A stretch of DNA of 63,848 nt, counting the filler, from Phoronis australis (Eukaryota > Animalia > Phoronida): NCBI GenBank assembly GCA_002633005.1. It is 5 parts of 5 records of this genome, joined end to end, with 100 filler letters (N's around TTAATTAATTAA, not from the genome) between each part and the next. Parts side by side here need not be neighbours in the genome. Positions count along the whole stretch, not along the records: positions 29,849 to 48,962 come from NMRA01000329.1; 4 more parts are not named here. One strand, written 5' to 3'. Positions 33,501-47,185 of the stretch are shown piece by piece (the first letter of the stretch is position 1; every line of letters begins with the position of its first letter). The translations under genes were made by a program, and so were the position numbers. Under the pieces are notes generated by a model that was not told the DNA's origin, ran no database searches, and worked only from the letters and a program-made list of their open reading frames with translations.

Positions 33501-36500
33501 ATCTTTGGCTACATTTAGCCTTTTTAATAGGCTCATTCAATTTTCAGAATTTATACATGATCTCCATTCACCTTTGGTATTTGTGATGTTTCTTGAACGA
33601 GTACCACACTTGGACTTTGTTAACCTCACATACTACGTTTCTATTAACTCGTATTTCATGGGTCCACTGTTTACTGCAGTATTTAGGTTCACTGATATTT
33701 ACCATTTTGCTTCCTTGCAATGTATACGTTCTGTCATTATGCTACACGAGCTTGGTGATTGTAATATCTTTAGGGGATTTTCAATTCGGGGAACATTGTT
33801 GTACCATTAATGTTCTCTTCAACGAATCCTGAATTCCTTGGTTTGCTTTAAGCAATTATTCCTCATTTTAATGGTTTCAATTCATCTCATTTCATGGCTC
33901 AAGCTCTAACATTCTAAGCTTTCACTTTCAGCATTATATCAATCCTTTGATTTGTAAATTTTCCACAGGATCACTTTGTTACTGCACTTGAAGATTCATG
34001 AATTCATTGAATTTCACAATTTCATTGATTTCCGTTCTTTAAAACCAAATTTATGTAATGCATTTCATGAGTTTTCTAACCACATCACTGCATGAAAGAT
34101 CATCAATCCATCAAACTTCGAGGAGAATTCCCTTAGTATTTTACCGGTCTTTTATTTTGATGTTCATTGAATGACATTCTACAGACTCATTCTATTGTCC
34201 CATTTGACAGGACTCCACTAATTCCATGCAGTTATTTGTTCAATTTGTGATAAATTAATTTATTCTAATTTCACTGCAATCTCTGGGGGTATTAAAATCA
34301 CTCTTATAACCAGTGGGGTACACAACTCAAGTCACCCATTTTGTTGTTCAATCAATGGTGTTTGACGCAATTCAACAAAAAAGTTCCTTTCCTCACATAC
34401 TGGAGACACAATATTAATTGTCAGTGATAACAATGAATTCCATAATTTTAGAATTTGTGAAAAAGGAACCACCACTTGGTGCAGCATCAATTAATAGTAA
34501 ACCCAAATAAATTCTAGCAGGTCACATCTCCCTGTAGTGAAAGATGAGCATTAAAAAGAAAAAATGCTGCATTGCCGTTTGCCTCAGGATGGTGAATGAA
34601 CTTTAGATTTAGCAAGAGCTGGGTACAACTTACTTTTGAGAAAACAGTAGTTGTCAAGAAAGCTTATAGTTTTTATAGCCATGTTTGATAAACATGTTCC
34701 CTTTGGCCGAATTCAAAGTCAGCCACCTATAGAATTTGCTGTCTCCTGCTCATTCACCATCCTTACCTTCCTCTTTCACTCGTTAAGCAAATCTTTACAT
34801 ATCTGTTTAGTTAATGCATGTTACATTTTAATTTTCAAACCCTTTGTACATTTCCTTTCTGGTTAACATATTCCAGCTGTATTAATACATAACTTTTCAT
34901 GAATTTGTTCACTCCACAATTCAATATCTCCTTGCAGTTGATGGGTCAGTTTTCCCTGATATTATTTTCATTAACCTTTGCATATGCGGGACATTATTGA
35001 CTAGCAGCACTGTAGGACTTTGATTACCCTGACATTAACTCATGACACTTCATAGGGCCTTTGGTTTTTGCATTTTACGGATTAACTTATTTGTAGCATT
35101 TTATTGTTGATTTCTGATAACTTGGAGATACATCATTTCTCCAGATACTATTGCTATAATACATGATGCATTTTAGCATTCAAATTTCCAGTCATTCTGA
35201 TAACCAATGGTGTACACAAGTCCAGTCACCCCTTTGAGTTGCTCAAGCTACATATCTTTGGCTTCATTTAGCCTTTTTATGGGCTCATTCAATTTTCAGA
35301 ATTAATACATGATCTCCATTTACCTTTGGTATTTGTGATATTTCTTGAACGAGTACCACACTGGGACTTTGTTAACCTCACATACTGCTTTTCTATTCAC
35401 TTGTATTTTATGGGTCCATTGTTTACTGCAATATTTAGGTTCACTGATATATTTACCAATTTGTTTCCTCGCAATGTAAACGTTCTGTCATTATGCTACA
35501 CCAGCTTGTTGACTGCGATATGTGTAGGCGATTTTTAATTCGGGGAACACTGTTGCACCATTAATGTTCTCTTCAACGAATCCTGAATTCCTTGGTTTGC
35601 TTAAAGCAATTATTCCCCATTTTAATGGTTTCAATTCATCGCATTTCATGGCTCCAGCTATAACATTCTCAGCTTCCACTTTCATCATTATAAAAATCCT
35701 TTGATAGGTACATTTTACACAGGGATCAAATTGTTACTGCACTTGAAGATTCATTAATTCATTCAATTTCACAATTTCATTTATTTTTTGTACATGTACT
35801 TTAAAACCAAATTGATGTGATTCATTTCATGAGTTTTCTAACCACTTCATTGCATGAAAGATCATCAATCCATCAAACTTCGAGTATTCACTTATTGTTA
35901 GTATTTTACCAGTCATTTATTTTGATGTTCATTGAATGATATTCTACAGACTCATTCTATTGTCCCATTTGACAGGACTCCACAAATTCAATGTACTTAT
36001 TTGTTCAATTTGTGATAAATTACTCTATTCTAATTTCACTTCATCTTTGGGGGTATTAAAATCACTCTTAAAAGCAGTGCGGTACACAAATCAAGTCACC
36101 CATTTTGTTGTTCAATCAATGGTGTTTGGCACAATTCAACAAAAACAAGTTGCTTTCCTCACATACTGGAGACACAATGTTAATTGTCAGTGATAACAAT
36201 GAATTCAATAATTTTAGAATTTGTGAAAAAGGAACCACCACTTGTTGCAGCATAAATTAATTGTAAACCGAAGTAAATTCTAACAGGCCACTTCTCCCTG
36301 TAGTGAATGATGAGCATTAAAAAAATGCTGCATAACCCTTTGCCTCAGGATGGTGAATGAACTTTAGATTTAGCAAGACCTGGGTACAATTTACTTTTAA
36401 GAATACAACAGTTTTGATAGCCATATTTGATAAACATGTTCCCTTTGGCTGAATTCAAAGTCAGCCACCTATAGTTTTTTTGTCTCCTGCTCATTCACCA

Positions 36501-38110
36501 TCCCTACCTTCCTTTTTCACTTGTTTAGCAAATCTTTAAATCTGTTTATTTAACACATATTTCATTTAAATTTTCTAACCCTTTGTACATTTCCTTTCTG
36601 GTTAACATATTCCAGCTCTATTAATACATAACTTTTCATGAATTTGTTCACTCCAGAATTCAATATCTCCTTGCAGTTGATGGGTAGTCAGTTTTCCCTT
36701 ATAATATTTCCATTAATCTTTGCATATGCGAGACACGATTGACTAGCAGCACTGTAGGACTTTGATTACCACCCTGACATTAACTCATGATACTTCATAG
36801 GGCCTTTGGTTTTTGCATTTTACGGTTAACTTGTTTGTTGCATTTTATTGTTGATTTGTGGTAATTTGGAGATATGTCATTTCTCCAGATATTATTATTA
36901 TATGGGACTCCATTAATTTGATGCACTATTTCGTCAATATATGATGCATTTTAGCATTCAAATTTCCATAGATTCTGATAACCAATGGTGTACACAAGTC
37001 AAGTCACCCCTTTGAGATGCTCAAGCCACATATCTTTGGATTCATTTAGCCTTTTTAATGGACTCATTCAATTTTCAAAGTTTACACATTATCTCCATTA
37101 ACCTTTGGTGTTTGTGATGTTTCTTGAATGAGTACCACACTGGGACTTTGTTAACCTTACATACTGCCTTTCTATTAACTCGCATTTCATGGGTTCACTG
37201 ATATTTACCATTTTGCTCCCTCGCAATGTATACGTTCTGTCATTATGCTACACCAGCTTGTTGATTGTGATATTTAAGGGGATTTTTAATTGAGGGAACA
37301 TTGTTGTACCATTAATGTTCTCTTCAACGAATCCTAAATTCCTTGGTTTGCTTAAAGCAATTATTCCTCATTTCAATGGTTCCAATTCATCACATTTCCC
37401 AGCTCCAGCTATAACATTCTCAGTTTTCACTTTCATCATTATATAAATCATTTGATAGGTACATTTTACACAGGGATCAATTTGTTACTGCACTTGAAAA
37501 CTCAGTATTTAATGGAATTTCATTTTCATTCACTTGTCGTACTTCAAAACTCCATTCGCTGCATTTTACGGATTCTTTACCACTCGAAATCAATGCTTCT
37601 TTATCAATCAGAGGCATATTCATTAAAATTGTGTGAGTTGATTTCTGTTTAGTATTTTATAGGTCATTTATTCTTCTGCTCATTTGATGACATTCTACAG
37701 ATTCATTCAATTATTTCATGTGACGTGACTCCATTAACTTGGTGCAGTTCGTAATGCATTACTTCGCTCAAAATTCACTACATTCTTTGGACGCATTAAG
37801 TGCTAAAGTCCCTATTTTGTTGCACCAGCTTGTTATACAATTTTTTCTGGAACAATTCAGCAAGGAAGCACAAGCTGCTTATCTCACACATGCAACACAC
37901 AATATTACTTGTCAGTGATAACAATGAATTCTGTAATTTGACAGTATCTGAAGAAAGGAGCCACCATTTGATGTAGCATAAAATATAAGCTCTACTTGTC
38001 TCATCAAATTACCACAACTGAATGATGGGTATTGATTACTGTATACTAGATAATTGTTCATTAGCTCATTTTGGAGATTCATGAATTCATGAAATTTTAG
38101 TTTCATTCAC
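30560..38110. repeat. ~1.75-kb tandem repeat (about 4 copies, outer copies more diverged) with an ~880-bp internal subperiod
   Basis: gtgaatgaa.tt.ag.tttagc.aga at ~31068, 32852, 34592, 36352; ccaatggtgtacacaagtc at ~33451, 35204, 36982; gtacacaa.tc.agtcaccc recurs every ~860-905 bp. Confidence 0.9.
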
Positions 38111-39529
38111 TCGATGCACATACATAACACTTCTGAACACCGATCCTGGATTCCTCTGATGCATTCATGTCTCGTTTATTACATGTATGGTTTATATTAG
38201 ACATCTATGTAATAGCGGGCACAGTGCAGAAGGTTGTGAATCTCCACGTTGAATAAGCCTCTTTGGTTGGACAGACGATATGTGAACAATTGATGGTTAG
38301 GCAAAAATTTGGAAGTGATTTTGTTTTGTTTTGTTTTGTTGTTTAGTATGGACCTAAATGTGTGAGTGGTAAACATGCATACGATTGATAGCATGCATCA
38401 ATGTACAGCATCGGGTGGATGGGAGATACTGTTGATGCTTGCTCCTTCAAGTGACATTCCTCAATGCAACACAATGATATGCAGACAACCAATGTTCAGA
38501 TAGCAACCCTTAAAGCATGCAGTGGTTGACATCCACCAGCCAGCGTTGATTAGCAAACATTTAGGAAGTGGCAGGCAGATATTTATCTTTAATGCGTGGC
38601 AGTTGAAGACTGGCATCACATTTTTTTTCAATGCTCTTAACGGCTTCATTTAGTCATAGCATTCTAAGGATTCATCAGTTGTGTTTAATCTGGGCCACCA
38701 CAGGTTTCTTTGTGTCGCATTTCACGGATTGATATTTCATTCATTCATAAAATCTCACATTCTGTGGATTCAATTACTTCTCCCATTTTATTCGTCACAC
38801 TCAACCAGTTTGTTTAGATGTAACATTTTAAGGGTTCATGCTTTTTTCAATTGGTTTATACCAGCATGCACGCCTTTATGTGTGACCCTCTCATTTTTCA
38901 AATTGATGTTGCTTCGTCACACCTTATAGGCCTTGTGATGTTTCATGCATTCGTTAAAGTTTCTGTGTACATTAGTCCATGAATTTTATACATTTCATAG
39001 TTTCATTTGATTTACACCATTTCGCATGTTTTTTGTCCTTAACTCTCGTTTTATTGGTTCATTTATTTTCATGGCTTTTCAGTTCATTTATGTTTTGCAT
39101 TTAGCTTTGTCACTCAACGGTTTCACTTAGTTATAGTATTTCACAGATTCGTCACTTTCATACCATTGCACCATTAATTCGTCACATGTTACAAATTCAT
39201 TAACCAATGAAAGAATTGTCATCAGCCCACCAGGCAAGATTAAACTCAGTTAGCATGTCTGAATTTAATGCCCGTTATTCTTCAGATTAGGAGCAATGAG
39301 GACAATCTCTACTCGAATAATATCCTCTGTGAATAAAACTCAACATGGGTGGAAGACTTTACTCGTTTTACTTGATTGTCATCCTTCTATGAAAAACTTG
39401 ACAGGAAAGTTTTATCGTTTTCACGCGAGTTATTGTAGTTGTTTACTAAACTAGGGACACATGAGCGACACTCTCCTCATAGTTCACACTTTACTGCTCA
39501 ACATCCCAATTACCCCCAGCCTCATGCAA

Positions 39530-41860
39530 AAAATATAACACTCAAATTTCTGTACTCTTATCACTGACTCATAATAAATTACCTTTGTTCCTTTTATATA
39601 CCTCTCCTTTTTATCTCTGGAAATGGACCTTGAGACGCACATATCATTTTTGGATTATACTTCGAACATAAATGGTATTTCACTCATTAAATATATTTAT
39701 GTGAGAATATGGACTCGTCTTGCTTATACTACCACTTTTTCTTCATTCGGACTCAACCACTAATCCTTTGAATAGATTTGCACACGATGCACTAGGACAC
39801 TTTATTACCAGTCTCACTATTGGTTCGTTTCTGTTATTTGCCTTGGTCAGCTGCTCCTATTGACTCATGATTATCACGTGTCTCAGAGTTAACCTTTGTT
39901 CTCAGTAATCATGCTTCCTGTCATTCCTTGCTTTAGCAGCTCTTACGTTCGAATAAAATCTTTCTTCATTTTTCCCCACTCACTACCACGCTCCTTTTCT
40001 GGTGGTTCCTCTTACCTGAGTGCTACGCTTTTTATTGCTTATCTTTCCAGAGATTATTATTTTACGTTTACTTATTATTTAACACTCATATTTCTATATC
40101 ATTATCACGCATAATAAATGACCTTTGTTTCTCCTATACACCTTTCCTTCTTTGGAAACGGAGCTTGCGACATACCTATCAGTTTCGGGACATGCTTCAT
40201 ACATGAAAATCATTATGCACACACATTTGCCTTTGCCGTCCTCACACATTGTCACACTCATCCTAAACATGCTCATGCACACTCATATTACCTTGCCCAT
40301 CGATACATGTCAATCATAGGCACTGATGCTGGACGTCAGGTTGTTGATGGTAGGTACAGCCACCTTCAATCCCATTCTCCACTAAAGTGAATGGCTGAAA
40401 CTAGGGATTGGTTTCTCTGAACACCTTCAGTTCTTTTTATATACAACAATGACATGTAATAAGTAAATATAGCTCACGGTCTTGAAACTCACTAACGCAT
40501 CAGTATACATGTAGGTGCATGTCTGCAGCTGGCAATCACCTATTATGCGAAATAGATTTAGATGAAATCACAAGTTACCGAAAAGTGAACAAAATGCGTA
40601 TGTTTTGGGAGCTAATTTTTTTGGCAAACTGGCACTCACTTAGACTATGACACTTTTAGGAAAGTCTCATGCAATTGTAACAATTAAATGTGGGCATTAG
40701 GCAAAGTGNCCCTTTTTTCCTTCTTTCGGTCTGGTCCATTAATCATTTGTGTAGTTTCGCATGCGGTCCTTTTGTACATATGACGCACTAGTACATTTCA
40801 TTTCCAGCCTCACTTAATTGGTTCGTTTCTGTCGTGTGCCATGAGTTTGGTCAGCTCCCGGCTCTTATAGGCTGATGATTATCACGTGTCTCAGGGTTAA
40901 CCTTTGTTCTCAGGAACTATATGTTTTCTGTTGTTCCGTTGCTTCACCAACACTTACGTTTGAGTTTAGTCTCTCTTCACTTTTTCCCACCCTCTCCCAC
41001 CCTATCTTTTTAATGGTGCCTCTTACCGGAGTGCTGCACTTTTTATTGCACATCTTTCCAGAGATTATTATTTTATGTTTACTTATTATTTTACACTCAT
41101 ATTTCTGTACCGTTATCAGTCATTATTATTTCGCCTCTATACCGTCTCTGTGTTATCTCTGGAAACGGAGCTTGCAATGCACCTGTCATTTTCGGGACAT
41201 ACTTCGAACATAGATGGCATTTCTCAATTCTTAAGAGGCATGATTTGTCAAGGTCTCAGTGAGTGTGAAAAATGTAACTGTGGGGCTCCAACAGCTGCCT
41301 GGTCATGAATCATGAAATTGAAAAACAACTGAACTTCATCCATCGACTGCAAGATGAATTTTGCCTGTTGGAACAAATGGGTTAGTGCCAAGTGAAAACA
41401 ACGACTAACGCATCATTGTTAGTATTTGCGAGGTAATCACTTTCTGTCGCAGCATAAAAAGACACAATAAATAGATGACCAATATCAAATCACCAGCAGG
41501 TGATCTTGGATGCATNTTGGTCAGCTCCCGGCTCTTATAGGCTGATGATTATCACGTGTCTCAGGGTTAACCTTTGTTCTCAGGAACTATATGCTTACGT
41601 TTGAGTTTAGTCTCTCTTCACTTTTTCCCACCCTCTCCCACCCTATCTTTTTAATGGTTCCTCTTACCGGAGTGCTGCACTTTTCATTGCACATCTTTCC
41701 AGAGATTATTATTTTATGTTTACTTATTATTTTACACTCATATTTCTGTACCGTTATCAGTCATTATTATTTCACCTCTATACGGTCTCTGTGTTATCTC
41801 TGGAAATGGAGCTTGCAATGCACCTGTCATTTTCGGGACATACTTCGAACATAGATGGCA
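39530..41860 (+). repeat. Clustered copies of a ~550-bp repeat family (also 48441-48962)
   Basis: Shared ttggttcgtttctgt...gattatcacgtgtctcag.gttaacctttgttctcag...tttccagagattattatttta.gtttacttattattt...ctctggaaa.ggagcttgc at ~39820, 40820, 41520 and 48450. Confidence 0.85.
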
Positions 41861-42239
41861 TTTCTCAATTCTTAAGAGGCATGATTTGTCAAGGTCTCAG
41901 TGAGCGTGAAAAATGTAACTGTGGGGCTCCAACAGCTGCCTGGTCATGAATCATGAAATTGACGATTTTACAAGTGGGAACTAGGATCACCCTTCACCCC
42001 CACTTAGTTACCAGGGAGCTGTATACTGAAAAAGAAATTCAAGAAAACAACTGAACTTCATCAATCGACTGCAAGATGAATTTTGCCTGTTGGAACAAAT
42101 GGGTTAGTGCCAAGTGAAAACAACGACTAATGCATCATTGTTAGTATTTGCGAGGTAATTACTTTCTGTCGCAGCATAAAGACACAATAAATAGATGACC
42201 AATATCAAATCACCAGCAGGTGATCTTGGATGCATGGTG

Positions 42240-43395
42240 GCACAATAATTAATGATTGCCACTGAACGACACTTACCGTAAGTAATTTACAACAACTAGG
42301 GCACCATCCTGGAAGAAACCTGAAACAATAATTAATGATTGCCATTGAACGGCACTTAAGTAATGTACCACAGCTAGGGCAACATCCTGGAAGAAACCTG
42401 AAACAATAATTAATGATTGCCATTGAACAGCACTTAAGTAATGTACCAAAGTTAGGGGCCCATCCTGGAAGAAACCTGAAACAGTAATTAATGACTGCCA
42501 TTGAATGGCACTCAAGTAATGTACCACAGCTAGGGCACCATTATTATTATTTATTATTATTATTATTTTTCTTATTATTATTCTTATCGTTATTATTATT
42601 ATTATTATTAATATTATTATTTTTATTATTATTATTAATATTAATATTAATATTATTATTTTTATTATTATTATTATTTTTATTATTATTTATTATTATT
42701 ATTTTTATTTTTATCATTAATATTTTTGTTATTGTAATCTTTAAAATGAGGGTGGCCTCTTCAGTGATAGCACTGCTTTACAAGAGGGCCCTCAACAAGA
42801 AAAACAGTAATATAATACAATGAAGTAATAAAATAACAATGAAATGTACGTAACAAAGATACAATTAAAACAGGTTGAGAATTAAGGTAAGACAATAACT
42901 AAATGACAAATAATGGTAAAAATTTAACTAAGACAGATGAAATAAATTAAGAGATGATTCTAGACAGTGAGAGTATTTACGACAATGAAAAAATGACATG
43001 ATTAAGACAGGCAGGTTATAAAAGGTCAAGTAAATTACAGCCATCCTGGAAGAAACCTGAAGCAATAATTAATGATTGCCACTGAACGACACTTAAGTAA
43101 TTTACAACAACTAGGGCACCATCCTGGAAGAAACCTGAAACAATAATTAATGATTGCCATTGAACGGCACTTAAGTAATGTCCAACAGCTAGGGCCCCAT
43201 CCTGGAAGAAACCTGAAACAGTAATTAATGATTGCCATTGAACGGCACTCAAGTAATGTACCACATCTAGGGCACCATCCTGGAAGAAACCTGAAACAAT
43301 AATTAATGATTGCAACTGAACAGCACTTAAGTAATGTACAACAGCCAGGGCACCATCCTGGAAGAAACCTGAAACAATAATTAATGATTACCACT
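42240..43395. repeat. 78-bp minisatellite (~8 units) split by an insertion at 42541-43040
   Basis: Unit gcaccatcctggaagaaacctgaaacaataattaatgattgccattgaacggcacttaagtaatgtaccacagctagg. Confidence 0.95.
42541..43040 (-). mobile_element. 5'-truncated LINE-like 3' end with long (TAA)n tail, inserted into the 78-bp minisatellite
   Basis: On the minus strand, a GC-rich stem-loop (tgagggccctc...gaggccaccctca) is followed by ~190 nt of (AAT)n. The array resumes in register with a CCA(T) duplication at the junctions. Confidence 0.6.
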
Positions 43396-46300
43396 CGACT
43401 GTAACAACTTTACAATTACTGTACACCTCTGGCCTGGGCACTTACAGGAATTAGAAAATTCAAAAATCATGGAAAAATAAAATTTCATTGTATCAAATTT
43501 GAAAACTTTGATACCGTGTGGCAGTTATCAGCAAACAGAAAATGAAATTTTGGTAATTTTTGGCAATACAGTAAGCAATTGAAAAATCAAACAATGGCAA
43601 ATTTGGCAATAATTTTTGTTCTCAAGGAAATTTTACCGTATTCCCTCTGGCAGATTGTCAATTGTCGGTATATGGTGGTAATGGGTGCACAGACAGACAC
43701 ACGGGGTGAAGACATTCTGACAAATGGCATTTCACCAGGCGAATGTCAATGAGTACAGGGATCGGGGCACACAGGAGGAGTGAACAGTTGGTGAACAGTG
43801 GAGGATTGGTGAAGATTGACCACAATATTAGTGGCACTTATACAACCTGGAACTGAACATGAGAGAAGTCAAAATCAGTTGTGATCCTGAAAGTTAAAAA
43901 ATAGTCATGAATTTTGTAATGTGATGCCTTTCATCCCACTCCAGTTACCGTGGCGCAGCATACTGGAAAACTGAAGGAGCCTAAAGAAAATGAATCCATC
44001 CATTAATTAGAAATGTTGAAAAAGGACTTCATGGACAGAAGGTCGGTTGGTCGGCAGCCGAGCTGTGGAGGAAAATTGTTGAAGCTGCTGGTTATTAAAT
44101 ATCCACTCAGAATTTGTTTGTTTGTAAATTTTGTTTGTGAAGTGGCTGTGCAACCCTAGTGAGCTACAAGGTTTAACCCTGTTTGTTGCAGTGGTTGTCT
44201 AATGGTGAAAAAGCAATTTGTCCTTACTTTGAGCTCCCTCAGATTCACCACTATGGGAAATAAAATTGACTGTCAGTGTCTAGTACCTACTCTATGACTG
44301 GAGTAAGTAACATACAAACTACTGACAACAAACGCTTTAACACTCAGTAAAAAATCTCCAATTTGGAACAATTTCTAAATTTTGGGAGACTGAAAATAAT
44401 GCAAAAATTGAATTTTCTCCATTCTAAAAATTGGAATATGCATAGTTTTAGCCTGGTGACATGTCTTTTTAATAAAATGTCCAAAATAGCTGCCAATACA
44501 ACACTTCTAAGAGTCTCCATACGTCAGAACATCAAGGCAAAGGAAATAATAAATTTTCAAAGTCCCAACCGGGAAATGGATTACTAAACTTATTACAATG
44601 GTAATTAAAAATGATTTTTCACTTTTGCAAATAGGAGAATTTTTACCTTGCATAGCACCTAGAATTCAGTTCTTACATACAGTGAACTTTCACTCCCAGA
44701 TCTAAAGTGAACAATAGAATTCACAATGGTATATCGAACCCTCGGCATTAACAGCTGCTTGTTTTTTGAGCATTGCTTCATCATATTACTTGGTTTCTAA
44801 CAACCCACAACATGCAGTAAAATCTCACCAATAATGGACACAGTATGGTGTACCAGTGAATTTGTTTTCCTTTTTTCATAACAGAAGACTCAAGGGTTTC
44901 ATCATTTTTGGTGTTCTGTACCAAAGCTACCATCAGGCAATTTTTAAGAAATTGTCGGCAATCACATCACATGAACTAGTAGTAGCCATTTTTCAATACA
45001 ACGACAACATCGTGGAATAAGACTTGTCGCTAGATTGCCATAATATAGTCAATAAACTTTTCAATAATTCTTGGCTACCATCACTTTTGTTATCCAACTG
45101 CCACTGGTGTGCAGTTGGACATTCTTACAAACCAGAATTAGAAATTGGTGAGACCTTAACATGAACAGACATTTGGAATGTTACAAGCAAGGTAATGTAA
45201 TGCAAACTGCATAATTGCCAACACTTACAAAATGAAAATAAAAAGAGACATATGGATCTAGGGTGCTAAATGAAGAAGAAACACTTAAATTATGTCTAAA
45301 GCAAGTTTTTTAGTTGATGACGTCAAATGGTTTGTTTGAAAAGTACAAAAATACGCAACCGCGCATTAACACAATGGCATGACCAAGTGCGCATACGTCG
45401 AAAAGCAGGATTATACCTTTTGATGCAGTGACATGACACAAGACTGCAGAATCAAAAAGCGGGACGGTCAAAATTCGGACAGTTGGCAATTATGGAACTA
45501 TAGTAAACCAGGACCATTAACGGGACATTATGGGCAAGAAAAGTGATATCCTGATATTACCCTCAGATCAAAATCAACAAATTTTGTTGTTCTATAGAAT
45601 CTGGTCAACACTCATAACTTCAGGACATCTGGTCCAAACAAAAATAACTCCAAAAACGCATAACGTGATGCAATAAAACCCGATGATGTCCCCTTAATGT
45701 AACACTATTCGACTGTACAGTGTAATAACATAACTATAGATAAATAAGCATCTTCTCAATCATATATATACGCATGTATAGATATACTGTATATTATATA
45801 TTATAAATAAACTATTAATTAAACAGAACGGTCCCAGATTACATAGCGACACTTGCTAGCAAAGTTTGCCATGCCATTCAGGCTGTAACGCCGACGGCAG
45901 AAAGTTGAACAATCGTCAGAAGAATCCGTGAATGCAATAGTTCCCGACACCAACTCACAAAGGGAGACGATATAACAATGCATTTTTTAGATCCAGGATA
46001 AATGAGCTTTCCATCTGGCACCGTTCTAATATGATAAAATCTCACCAAATAAGGACACACTATACCAGACAGGTGAATTTTTTTCTCAAATTTTCTACGA
46101 AAGACATGTTGTACCAAATTTTTGCTCTTTCGTGTTGAAGTTCAATAACATAACTATCTTTAGACAACAATTTGAAAAAATGTGAACATTCATGGCAATA
46201 TTTGAAGCATTTAAAAAACAAAAAGGTAATTTTGGCAATGGGTGAGATTTTACCATATCTTAAGCTGCATTTCGTCCTGTTCAGCAAGCTAAAAAACAAA

Positions 46301-47185
46301 ATTAAATGAAGCCTTTTTACTCTTACAAAATCAGCGTCAAAAATGTTCACACCATGGCAGGATTTGTATTGTGTTACAAAGANTTAGGACACACTATACC
46401 AGACAGGTGAATTTTTTTCTCAAATTTTCTACGAAAGACATGTTGTACCAAATTTTTGCTCTTTCGTGTTGAAGTTCAATAACATAACTATCTTCAGACA
46501 ACAATTTGAAAAAATGTGAACATTCACGGCAATGTTTGAAGCATTTAAAAAACAAAAAGGTAATTTTGGCAATGGGTGAGATTTTACCATATCTTAAGCA
46601 GCATTTCGTCCTGTTCAGCGAGCTAAAAAACAAAATTAAGTGAAGCCTTTTTACTCTTACAAAATCAGCGACAAAATTTTCACACCATGGCAGAATTTGT
46701 ATTGTGTTACAAAGAAAAACATAAACATACCAACCCTTAAAAGTCAAGAAAAGCATTGATAAATTGGTGATTTAATTGCGTTGGCCCAACTTGAAATTCG
46801 AAATTGGTGCACAGGTAATTGCTTTAAAAAACAGGTTTGTCATATGACAACAATGACAATTTCTCTTGAATAAATCGCAGATCAGGTGCTTTGACTATGA
46901 GTCAACAATTCAAAATGTTTTGTGACAGCTTACAAACAGGATGAAATGCAGCTTTTTAAATTTATAATATTTTTGAACATATATACATGATATAACTTTT
47001 CATAACTTTTTCAACTTTTTTTGTTTTTTTTTATATTTTTATATATTTTTTTTGTTTTTTTATATTTTTTATTTTTGTTTGTATTTTTAATATTTTTATT
47101 TTTCATATTTTATATTTTTAATACTTTTTAAGTATACAACTCAACAAAATTTACACACACATACACACACACTTTCACACATGTA

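Noticed and set aside
42205-43394. ORFs with 26-aa repeats and a poly-Leu ORF
   Set aside because: By-products of a 78-bp unit and a (TTA)n run; open in several frames with no coding signature.
43700-44100. Possible Gypsy integrase core relic
   Set aside because: Faint resemblance only, with many stops.
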